Shown: positions 28,864 to 37,214 of the stretch, in pieces
How the letters are laid out: each line of letters begins with the position of its first letter
Position numbering within the stretch: the first letter of the stretch is position 1
Source: Collimonas sp.
GTDB taxonomy: Bacteria; Pseudomonadota; Gammaproteobacteria; Burkholderiales; Burkholderiaceae_D
NCBI RefSeq assembly: GCF_039923675.1
Contig: NZ_JBDTCG010000015.1
Span: forward strand, 14,098-78,097
Length of the DNA: 64,000 bases
Direction: 5' to 3'
Translations under genes and position numbers: made by a program
Notes under the pieces: model-generated
Database searches by the model: none
Told to the model about the DNA's origin: nothing
The model's input: the letters and a program-made list of their open reading frames with translations, nothing else

Positions 28864-28968
28864 GTAGGGTGGGCAGGCTTTTTTGCCCACGCATGGCGGC
28901 GACCGATGTGCGATCAATGTGCGTTCGACGGGCCACGGTTACGCGTGGGCATTGCATGCCGACCCTAC
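28864..28968. repeat. pair of inverted REP-like units (BIME-like)
   Basis: Unit 1 is gtagggtgggca-ggctttttt-gcccacgc (28864-28892). Unit 2 is gcgtgggca-ttgca-tgcccaccctac (28943-28968). They are the same unit in opposite orientation, between convergent genes. Unit 2 overlaps the last codons of the kinase gene. Confidence 0.5.
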
Positions 28969-30521
28969 AATGTTTTCACTGCTGTCTCGCGCTGGAATTG
29001 CGACAACTGCCGGTACTGCTGCTCGAGCAGCTTCGGAATCGCCTCGTAGATCGGCCACAGACGCCGATATAGCGCGACATTCTCCTGATTCGGCAAATGC
29101 TGGTGAGTGGCGCCCACCATGCCGCCAATCGCATCCAGCGAGTCGATTTTCCCCAACGCGTACAAACCCAGCACGGCAGCGCCGAGGCAGGACGATTCCA
29201 CGCTTTCCGGCACCACCACTTCTCGCTCGAAAATATCCGCCATCATTTGCCGCCATAGCGCGGAACGGGCAAAGCCGCCGGTCGCCATCATGCGGGTGGT
29301 CGGTCCGATCAGGTCTTCGACCGCCGGCAAGATACTGTACAAACTGAAAATAACGCCTTCCAGCGCCGCCCGGATCATGTGTGGCTTGCCATGGTGCGTC
29401 GCCAACCCGATGTAGGAACCGCGGGCATCGGCATTCCACAGCGGCGCCCGTTCGCCGGCGAGATAAGGATGGAACAGCAGACCTTCGGCGCCGGCCTGCA
29501 CACTCTCGGCAATCCTGGTCAAGGCGTCATACGGATCGCTTCCTGCCTGCTTGGCGGCCGCAGATTCAGCGGTGGCCAGCTCGTCGCGCACCCAGTGGAA
29601 AATGCTGCCGCCGTTATTCGTCGGACCGCCGACCACCCAATGTTTGGCGGTCAGCGCATAGCAAAACGTGCGGCCGGCCGGGTCGGTCACCGGTTTGTCG
29701 ACCACTGTGCGCATCGCCCCGGAAGTGCCGATGGTGACGGCGACCTGGCCTGGGCCGATGGCGTTGACGCCCAGGTTGGACAGCACGCCGTCATTGGCGC
29801 CGATCACAAACGGCGTATCCGGCGACAACCCCAGTTGCTGCGCAATTGCCGGCGCCAGGCCGGTCAGGTGATGCGTGGTCGGCACCAGCTTCGATAATTG
29901 CGCCCGGCTGATGCCGAGCAGGGCCAGCGCGCCCTCATCCCAATCCAGCTGCTGCAGATTGAACATGCCGGTAGCGGAGGCGATCGAATGATCGACCAGC
30001 CACTCGCCAAACAACCGGTATAACACATATTCCTTCATGCCGACAAAACGTGCGGTGCGCGCAAACAGCGCCGGCTGGTCGTGCCGCAGCCACATGATCT
30101 TGCACAGCGGCGACATCGGATGGATCGGCGTACCGGTGCGCAAATAGATTGCGTGGCCGTCCAGCTCATCGCGAATCCGGTTGGCCCACGCACCGGCGCG
30201 GTTGTCGCCCCAGGTGATGCTGTTGCTCAGCAAATTGTTCTCCTGGCCGACCGCAATCACGCTATGCATGGCGGCGCTGAAGGATACCAGCGCGATCTGG
30301 CCGGCGTCGACCTGGCTGGAACTGACAGCGTTGCGGATCGCGTCCAGCACCGCGTCGTAAATCTGCAAGGGATCCTGCTCAGCCATGCCCGGCATGGTGC
30401 ACAGCAGGGGGTATTCAACGGCATGCTGCGCCATGATCTTGCCCTGGGTGGTGAACAGCACCGCCTTGGTGCTGGTGGTGCCGATATCTACGCCGAGCAT
30501 GTATTCTGGCTGATGGTGCAT
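28965..30521 (-). CDS. gntK: FGGY-family carbohydrate kinase, gluconokinase-like
   Basis: MLGVDIGTTSTKAVLF (FGGY N-terminal ATPase motif), about 518 aa. Divergent from a LacI/GntR-type repressor with a GntR-type operator in between. Confidence 0.8.
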   Translation of the reverse strand: MHHQPEYMLGVDIGTTSTKAVLFTTQGKIMAQHAVEYPLLCTMPGMAEQDPLQIYDAVLDAIRNAVSSSQVDAGQIALVSFSAAMHSVIAVGQENNLLSNSITWGDNRAGAWANRIRDELDGHAIYLRTGTPIHPMSPLCKIMWLRHDQPALFARTARFVGMKEYVLYRLFGEWLVDHSIASATGMFNLQQLDWDEGALALLGISRAQLSKLVPTTHHLTGLAPAIAQQLGLSPDTPFVIGANDGVLSNLGVNAIGPGQVAVTIGTSGAMRTVVDKPVTDPAGRTFCYALTAKHWVVGGPTNNGGSIFHWVRDELATAESAAAKQAGSDPYDALTRIAESVQAGAEGLLFHPYLAGERAPLWNADARGSYIGLATHHGKPHMIRAALEGVIFSLYSILPAVEDLIGPTTRMMATGGFARSALWRQMMADIFEREVVVPESVESSCLGAAVLGLYALGKIDSLDAIGGMVGATHQHLPNQENVALYRRLWPIYEAIPKLLEQQYRQLSQFQRETAVKTL

Positions 30522-30644
30522 GAGCGTCCTCTTGATCGATGATTGATTGACGGGCCGGCTGCGGCGGAACTGGCGCGAGGCCAGCGGTAACCGCCTATTT
30601 TAGTACTTGCGCAGCGCCTGCCGAAAACTGCGATGATACAACGG

Positions 30645-30660
30645 ATGTTAGCGCTAACAT
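30645..30660. promoter_or_regulatory. perfect 16-bp palindromic operator ATGTTAGCGCTAACAT (LacI-family, GntR-type)
   Basis: Located in the gntK/gntR divergent intergenic region. Its half-sites ATGTTA/TAACAT are those of the E. coli GntR operator as I remember it. Confidence 0.6.
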
Positions 30661-30905
30661 TGTATCTCTAAGTAAATCCGAAACGAGGCTACAGACGCAG
30701 GTAGTATCCTTACTCCAAGGAAACCATAACAATATGGCGAAGCTTGCGTGTAACATTGGCCATGCTAGCCAAACGGACAAGATTTTGCTGCCCGGGCACG
30801 ATTGGCAAAGCTGGCAAGCACGGCAAGCCGCCGAAAAACAAGTAAAACAAAACAGCTACAGGCAAAAGACCAAGTGCACAGAGACCATAACCATCCCATC
30901 GCCCC

Positions 30906-31940
30906 ATGAACAGCCCGGAACTCAAGCAACCACGCCATAGCCGCGCCAGCGGCAGGGTAACAATCGTTGATGTCGCGCGCCTGGCGCGGGTCAGCCCGAT
31001 GACCGTATCGCGGGCCCTGAAAACGCCGACACTGGTGCAACTCGAAGCGCGCGAACGAATCACCGCAGCGATCAAGCAACTCGGCTACGTGCCGAACCAG
31101 GCCGCCAGTACGCTGGCCTCGGCCAAATCGCAGGTGATCGGCGTCATCGTGCCGTCGCTCAGCAACTCGGTGTTCGTCGAAACCCTGACCGGGATCCGCG
31201 ACAGCCTGAACCAGCACGGCTATAAATTCCTGATCGGTGAAAGCGGCTATTCGCCGGACAAGGAAAGCCAGCTGATCACCACCTACCTGGCGCATGCGCC
31301 GGATGGTTTTCTGCTAAGCGGGATAGAGCAGCAAGACGCGCTGCGCGAACAACTGGCGGCGCACAATGTGCCGGCGGTGCGCATGTTCGATATCAACCCG
31401 GACGGTGGCGACGTCGCGGTGGGATTTTCGCATGAGGAAGCCGGTTACAGCATCGCCCGCCACCTGATCGAACGCGGCTACCATCGTCCAGGCTTTCTCG
31501 GCGCCCAGCTCGATCCGCGCATGATGAAGCGGCGGCACGGCTTTCGTCGGGCGTTGGCTGAAGCCGGCCTGGACGACACCATAGAAGTACTGACGCCGAC
31601 GCCCTCGACCGTGGAACTCGGCACCAAGATGCTTGGCCAGATCCTGCAACAGACGCCGGATTGCGACGCGGTTTTCTGCTGCAACGACGATCTGGCGCTG
31701 GGCGTGCTATTTGAATGCCAGCGCCGCGGCCTGTCGGTCCCCAGCCAGATGGCGATCGCCGGCTTCAACGACTTGCCATGGTCGGCCTACGCCAATCCCG
31801 GCATCACCACCATCGTCACGCCGCGTTATGAGATCGGCTTCACGGCGGCGCAATTGCTGATCAAGATGCTCAGGCGCGAAGCCGTGGATAAAACCAGCGT
31901 CGATCTGGGTTTCCGGCTGGCGATACGCAGTAGTACCTGA
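30906..31940 (+). CDS. gntR: LacI-family transcriptional repressor (gluconate utilisation GntR-type)
   Basis: VTIVDVARLARVSPMTVSRAL HTH, followed by a periplasmic-binding-protein-like sugar-binding domain. Confidence 0.85.
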   Translation: MNSPELKQPRHSRASGRVTIVDVARLARVSPMTVSRALKTPTLVQLEARERITAAIKQLGYVPNQAASTLASAKSQVIGVIVPSLSNSVFVETLTGIRDSLNQHGYKFLIGESGYSPDKESQLITTYLAHAPDGFLLSGIEQQDALREQLAAHNVPAVRMFDINPDGGDVAVGFSHEEAGYSIARHLIERGYHRPGFLGAQLDPRMMKRRHGFRRALAEAGLDDTIEVLTPTPSTVELGTKMLGQILQQTPDCDAVFCCNDDLALGVLFECQRRGLSVPSQMAIAGFNDLPWSAYANPGITTIVTPRYEIGFTAAQLLIKMLRREAVDKTSVDLGFRLAIRSST

Positions 31941-32032
31941 GCGGCGGAAATCTCCTGAAATGCAATCAACCCGGCGCGCAGTTGCTGACGCACTTGCTAA
32001 TTTCCAGCGCCTGGTTGAACCAATGCAAACGG

Positions 32033-32212
32033 CTATTTTTTCTCCCACGGCCTGATGCATTGTTGTTGCGTTTCATCCCATTGGTAGCCGGCGGACGGAA
32101 TGCACCCGTGGGCATCTCGGTCGCTGCCTGGCATTGCTGCGGGCGGCGGGCTGGTGCAAGCCGCCATCAGAATCGTCACGAGCCCAGCCGGTACCCAGAA
32201 AAATATTTTCAT
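32033..32212 (-). CDS. small lipoprotein (59 aa)
   Basis: ATG 32212 has GGAGG 6 nt upstream. MKIFFWVPAGLVTILMAAC lipobox. C-terminal Cys pair in DAHGCIPSAGYQWDETQQQCIRPWE. Confidence 0.5.
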   Translation of the reverse strand: MKIFFWVPAGLVTILMAACTSPPPAAMPGSDRDAHGCIPSAGYQWDETQQQCIRPWEKK

Positions 32213-32229
32213 CGTCATCCTCCAGATTA

Positions 32230-32541
32230 TCAACCGCGCCGCACCCAGATCACCTTGCCGGTAGCGATACCCAAAGTCCGCCGCGCTTCCTGGTAATCCA
32301 TGGTCCCGGCAAACTGTTCGCCGTCGCGCTCGCCGATGCGCCACATGCATCCAGTCAGCAGCGTAATGGCCTGCTGCTCGGTCTTGCCGACCAGCGCATT
32401 GTCATCTTGCTTGTCCGCCGCGCAGCCTGCTGCGGAATTGGCCGCGTGCGGCTCGGATTGGGGAGCCGGCGCCGGATCAGCCATGCTGGCGCATCCTTGC
32501 AGGGCGGCGAAACATGCGGCCGCCAATATCAATCGATTCAT
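32230..32541 (-). CDS. lipoprotein, peptidase inhibitor I78 family-like
   Basis: Lipobox ALQGC. C-terminal pattern ...LVGKTEQQA....TMDYQEARRTLGIATGKVIWVRRG resembles the I78 consensus (lvG...TmDyr.dRl....v..v..G). Confidence 0.55.
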   Translation of the reverse strand: MNRLILAAACFAALQGCASMADPAPAPQSEPHAANSAAGCAADKQDDNALVGKTEQQAITLLTGCMWRIGERDGEQFAGTMDYQEARRTLGIATGKVIWVRRG

Positions 32542-32585
32542 CGTGACTCTCTTTCATCATGGTCCAATGGGTTGTCCGCCGCGTT

Positions 32586-33044
32586 TCAGCGTATCGGCAA
32601 TTTGGTGGTGTGCTTGACCTCTTCCATCACCGCATAGGTGTGCGTCTCACGCACGCCCTTGAGCTGCAGCAGCGATTTGCCGAGGAATTCGCGGTAGGCG
32701 TTCATGTCCTTGACCCTCGCCTTGACCAGGTAGTCGAAGCCGCCGGCCACCATGTGGCACTCCAGCACCTCGGGGATGATCTGTACGCTTTGGCTGAAGG
32801 CTTCGAATACTTCCGGGGTGGTGCGGTCCAGCACCACTTCGATGAACACCAACAGAGCGACGTCCAGCAGCTGCGGATTAAGCTGGGCGGTGTAATGCAG
32901 GATGTAGCCGGCCTCCTGCAGCTTGCGCACGCGCTCGAGACAGGCGGCGGGCGACAAGTTGACGCGGGACGAGAGGTCGACATTGCTGATGCGGCCATCA
33001 TTTTGCAGTTCGGCCAGGATTTTCTTGCTGATCTTGTCAAGCAT
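32586..33044 (-). CDS. Lrp/AsnC-family transcriptional regulator, PutR-like by context
   Basis: MLDKISKKILAELQNDGRISNVDLSSRVNLSPAACLERVRKLQEAG, plus a RAM/ACT-like C-domain. Divergent from putA. Start re-picked at ATG 33044. Confidence 0.9.
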   Translation of the reverse strand: MLDKISKKILAELQNDGRISNVDLSSRVNLSPAACLERVRKLQEAGYILHYTAQLNPQLLDVALLVFIEVVLDRTTPEVFEAFSQSVQIIPEVLECHMVAGGFDYLVKARVKDMNAYREFLGKSLLQLKGVRETHTYAVMEEVKHTTKLPIR

Positions 33045-33354
33045 GCAGACTCTTCCGAAAAATTTTATTCGGTTAAATTTTCTCACCAATAACAAAATTT
33101 TGATAGCAGGCATTATTACCAGAATTAATCCATGCCGATGCCGCCTACAATCGAACAACTCAGCTTTCCTTGAAGGCTGGAAGAGTCATTGAGAACAATG
33201 CTTGCCGGCAAATCGAACGCCGGGCAGCGATGTTGCATTTCCCGCCACGCATCGCGCAGGAAATCCGGCATTGCCGCCTGGCGTCGGTTTGCCCGCAGCT
33301 TGTTTGAAAACATAGCAAGTTGATAAAACAAATACCCTTACCGAGACAATCGCC

Positions 33355-36300
33355 ATGCCGCCGCTACAGCCCGCATCCCCGCCGTCCAGCACTATCCCAT
33401 CCTCGTTCGACACTGCCTTTAGCGCTTTCCACGCCGAAATGATGGCCGACGCCACGCCGCTGCGCGCCGCCATTACCGCCGCCTATCGCCGCGACGAGAC
33501 GCTGGCGGTGCAATGGTTGCTGTCGCAAGTGCAAACCAGCGCCAGTTCGTATGCCGCCAGCCAGACGCTGGCGCGCAAGCTGGTGCAGTCGGTGCGTGAA
33601 AAACGTACACGCGCATCAGGCGTGGACGCTTTGATGCATGAATTTTCCCTGTCGTCGGAAGAGGGCGTGGCCTTGATGTGCCTGGCGGAAGCCTTGTTGC
33701 GCATTCCGGATCATCAAACCGCGGACCGCCTGATCGCCGACAAGATCAGCAAGGGCGACTGGCGCAGCCACCTGGGTGAATCGCCATCGATGTTCGTGAA
33801 TGCGGCAACCTGGGGATTGCTGATTACCGGCAAGCTGGTCACCACCAATAGCGAGCGCGGCCTGGGCTCGGCGCTGACCAAGCTGATCGGCCGCGGCGGC
33901 GAACCATTGATCCGCAAGGGCGTCGATGTCGCCATGCGCATGCTGGGCAACCAGTTCGTCACCGGCCAGACCATCGCTGAAGCGCTGAGCAACAGCCGCG
34001 ATAATGAAAAGCGCGGCTATCGTTATTCCTACGACATGCTGGGCGAGGCGGCGCTGACCGAAGAAGATGCGGCAGCTTACTACCGCTCTTATGAAGATGC
34101 GATCCACGCCATCGGCAAAGCGTCGGACGGACGCGGCATCAAGCAAGGCCCGGGCATCTCGGTCAAGCTGTCGGCGCTGCATCCGCGTTATTCGCGCGCA
34201 CAACGCCAGCGCACCATGCAGGAACTGCTGCCGCGATTGAAGCAGTTGCTGCTGCTGGCCAAGCAATACAACATCGGTTTGAATATCGACGCCGAAGAAG
34301 CGGATCGCCTGGAACTGTCGCTGGACCTGATGGAAGCGCTGGCTTTCGACGCCGATCTGGCAGGTTTCGAGGGCATCGGTTTCGTGGTGCAGGGCTACCA
34401 GAAACGCTGTCCTTTTGCGATCGATTATCTGGTCGACCTGGCGCGCCGCAGCGGCCGCAAGTTCATGGTGCGGCTGGTCAAGGGCGCGTATTGGGATTCT
34501 GAAATCAAGCGCGCGCAGGTCGACGGTTTGCCAGGTTTCCCGGTATACACGCGCAAGGTGTACACCGATGTGTCCTACCTGACTTGCGCGCAGAAATTGC
34601 TGGCGTCCACCGATGTGATCTATCCGCAGTTTGCTACGCATAACGCGCACACACTGGCGACCATCTACAGCTGGGCCAAGGAAAAAAACATCACCGATTA
34701 CGAGTTCCAGTGCCTGCACGGCATGGGTGAAACCTTGTATGACCAAGTGGTCGGCAAAGACATGCTGGACAAGCCTTGCCGGATTTATGCGCCGGTCGGT
34801 TCGCACCAGACTTTGCTGGCCTACCTCGTGCGGCGTTTACTGGAAAACGGCGCCAATTCTTCCTTCGTCAACCAGATCGTCGATGAAAATGTCTCGATCG
34901 ATTCGCTGATTGCCGATCCTCTGCAAGCCGCACAGCAGCTGGGCGGCGAACCGCATCCGCAAATTTCCTTGCCGTCGGCGATGTATGGCGTGGAGCGTAA
35001 AAATTCGGCCGGGCTCGATCTTAGCAACGAAGATGTGCTGCACCAGATCGATACCGCTTTCAGCATGTTCGGCCAGCAGCAATGGCATGTCACGCCACTG
35101 TTGAGCGATCTGCAAACGTATGATCAAGCCGCGCGTCCGGTGCTGAATCCGGCCGATCATCGCGACGTGGTCGGCAGCGTGATCGAAGCCAGCGTTGGCG
35201 ATGTCGACAAAGCCTTGCATGCGGCCAGCGTCTACGCCATGGATTGGCAAACCCTGCCGCCGGCGGAACGCGCCGAAAAACTGGATCGCTCCGCCGTCCT
35301 GTTCGAAGAACATCAGATGGAATTGATTTCCCTGGCAATCCGCGAGGCCGGAAAATCGCTGCCTAACGCGATCGCCGAAGTGCGCGAAGCGGTCGATTTT
35401 TTACGCTACTATGCGGCGCAGATCCGCCACACGCAAAACGCGCTGGCGCTGGGTCCGGTGGTTTGTATCAGCCCGTGGAATTTCCCGCTGGCGATTTTCG
35501 TGGGCGAAGTCAGCGCCGCGCTGGCTGCAGGGAATGTGGTGCTGGCGAAACCAGCGGAACAAACCCCGCTGATCGCCGCACGCGCGGTGCAACTGATGCA
35601 TGAAGCCGGCGTGCCGCATGCGGCTTTACAATTTCTGCCGGGGCAGGGCGATACCGTCGGCGCCACGCTGACTGCTGATCCGCGCGTCAAGGGCGTGATC
35701 TTTACCGGCTCGACCGAGGTCGCGCAGATCATCAACCGCACGCTGGCGAAGCGCTCGCTGGAAGAGTCGGTGGACTTGCCGCTGATCGCGGAAACCGGTG
35801 GCCAGAATGCTTTGATCATGGACTCCAGCGCCTTGCCGGAACAGGTGGTGCAAGACGTGCTGAATTCCGCCTTCGACAGCGCCGGCCAGCGTTGCTCGGC
35901 GCTGCGCGTGCTGTGCCTGCAAAACGATATCGCCGACCGTACCTTGCATATGCTCAAGGGCGCGATGCAAGAACTGCGCATTGGTAATCCTGACCGCCTG
36001 GTGACAGACATCGGGCCGGTGATCGATGCCGAGGCACAGGGCCAGTTGCTGGCGCATATCGAAAAAATGCGCGGCACTGCCAAGGACTTCTTCCAGCTGC
36101 CGCTGCCGCCAGAACAAAGCAACGGTACTTTCGTGGCGCCGACGCTGATTGAAATCGGTTCGTTGGCGGAGCTGAAGCGCGAGGTCTTCGGCCCGGTATT
36201 GCACGTGCTGCGCTATGCCCGCAATGAATTGCCGCAACTGATCGAAGCGATCAACGGCAGCGGCTACGGCCTGACGCTGGGTATCCATTCGCGCATCGAT

Positions 36301-37083
36301 GAAACCATCGATTACATCGTCGGCCACGCCCATGTCGGCAATATCTATGTGAACCGGAATATCGTTGGCGCGGTGGTCGGGGTGCAGCCGTTCGGCGGCG
36401 AAGGAAAATCCGGCACCGGTCCGAAAGCCGGCGGTCCTTTGTACCTGAAGCGCTTGCAACGCAATCCTTCGGTGTCGCTGGGCGCGCATACGATCCATGC
36501 GCCGAATGCCGACGCGGCGATCGATACACCGGTCTTGCAAGCCTTGCTGAGCTGGGCCAAGACCCACGGCCATCAACGGATTGCGGCGCTCGGCGAGGAA
36601 TACATGCACGCTAGCTGGCTCGGTACCTCGCTGGTGCTGCCAGGCCCGACCGGTGAGCGCAACAGCCTGTCGTTTGCGCCGCGTGGCGCGATTCTGTGTA
36701 GCGCCGATAATGTCGGCGCCATGCTGAATCAACTGGCGGCGGTATTTGCCACAGGTAATTTCCCGGTGGTCGAAACGGCATCGGCGGCGATGATACCGGA
36801 CGGTTTGCCAAAATCGGTGCGCACAGCCATTCGCATGGTTGCTAAACTAGAGGACGACGGCCATTCCCTGCGCCTGCAACTGGCCTTGGTGGATGGCGCC
36901 GGCACCTGGCGCTTGCGCCCCATGCTGACTGCGCTGAGTGAAAAGTCCGGGTCGCTGGTGCCGTTGCTGGAAACCTCGGAATACGCCTCGATTCCGCTGT
37001 GGCGCTTGTTGGCAGAACGCGCCGTTTGCGTGAATACCACCGCCGCCGGCGGCAATGCCAGCCTGATGACCCTGCAAGCGTAA
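33355..37083 (+). CDS. putA: bifunctional proline dehydrogenase / L-glutamate gamma-semialdehyde dehydrogenase
   Basis: 1242 aa with a PRODH barrel region (YSYDMLGEAA..., RLVKGAYWDSE) followed by an ALDH domain (ETGGQNA..., GQRCSA). Confidence 0.95.
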   Translation: MPPLQPASPPSSTIPSSFDTAFSAFHAEMMADATPLRAAITAAYRRDETLAVQWLLSQVQTSASSYAASQTLARKLVQSVREKRTRASGVDALMHEFSLSSEEGVALMCLAEALLRIPDHQTADRLIADKISKGDWRSHLGESPSMFVNAATWGLLITGKLVTTNSERGLGSALTKLIGRGGEPLIRKGVDVAMRMLGNQFVTGQTIAEALSNSRDNEKRGYRYSYDMLGEAALTEEDAAAYYRSYEDAIHAIGKASDGRGIKQGPGISVKLSALHPRYSRAQRQRTMQELLPRLKQLLLLAKQYNIGLNIDAEEADRLELSLDLMEALAFDADLAGFEGIGFVVQGYQKRCPFAIDYLVDLARRSGRKFMVRLVKGAYWDSEIKRAQVDGLPGFPVYTRKVYTDVSYLTCAQKLLASTDVIYPQFATHNAHTLATIYSWAKEKNITDYEFQCLHGMGETLYDQVVGKDMLDKPCRIYAPVGSHQTLLAYLVRRLLENGANSSFVNQIVDENVSIDSLIADPLQAAQQLGGEPHPQISLPSAMYGVERKNSAGLDLSNEDVLHQIDTAFSMFGQQQWHVTPLLSDLQTYDQAARPVLNPADHRDVVGSVIEASVGDVDKALHAASVYAMDWQTLPPAERAEKLDRSAVLFEEHQMELISLAIREAGKSLPNAIAEVREAVDFLRYYAAQIRHTQNALALGPVVCISPWNFPLAIFVGEVSAALAAGNVVLAKPAEQTPLIAARAVQLMHEAGVPHAALQFLPGQGDTVGATLTADPRVKGVIFTGSTEVAQIINRTLAKRSLEESVDLPLIAETGGQNALIMDSSALPEQVVQDVLNSAFDSAGQRCSALRVLCLQNDIADRTLHMLKGAMQELRIGNPDRLVTDIGPVIDAEAQGQLLAHIEKMRGTAKDFFQLPLPPEQSNGTFVAPTLIEIGSLAELKREVFGPVLHVLRYARNELPQLIEAINGSGYGLTLGIHSRIDETIDYIVGHAHVGNIYVNRNIVGAVVGVQPFGGEGKSGTGPKAGGPLYLKRLQRNPSVSLGAHTIHAPNADAAIDTPVLQALLSWAKTHGHQRIAALGEEYMHASWLGTSLVLPGPTGERNSLSFAPRGAILCSADNVGAMLNQLAAVFATGNFPVVETASAAMIPDGLPKSVRTAIRMVAKLEDDGHSLRLQLALVDGAGTWRLRPMLTALSEKSGSLVPLLETSEYASIPLWRLLAERAVCVNTTAAGGNASLMTLQA

Positions 37084-37133
37084 AACACTTTGCTGATGTC
37101 ACTGTAGCTGACACGCGTCGCGCGCAATAAAAA

Positions 37134-37167
37134 AGCTGGCTGAGCATAAGTTCAGCCAGCTTTTTTT
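37134..37167. terminator. bidirectional rho-independent terminator between convergent putA and the DUF3300 gene
   Basis: aaaaaagctggctga-gcataag-ttcagccagcttttttt. Confidence 0.75.
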
Positions 37168-37214
37168 GTCAGACGGCAAAGTGCTCCTGCCGCCGGGATT
37201 TCTTTCCCACTTGC

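Noticed and set aside
30595-31295. ORFs 30595..30780, 30710..31075 and 30765..31295 on the minus strand in or over the gntK-gntR intergenic region.
   Set aside because: They overlap the well-supported LacI-family gene or the operator region, have no motifs, and are Arg/Ala-rich.
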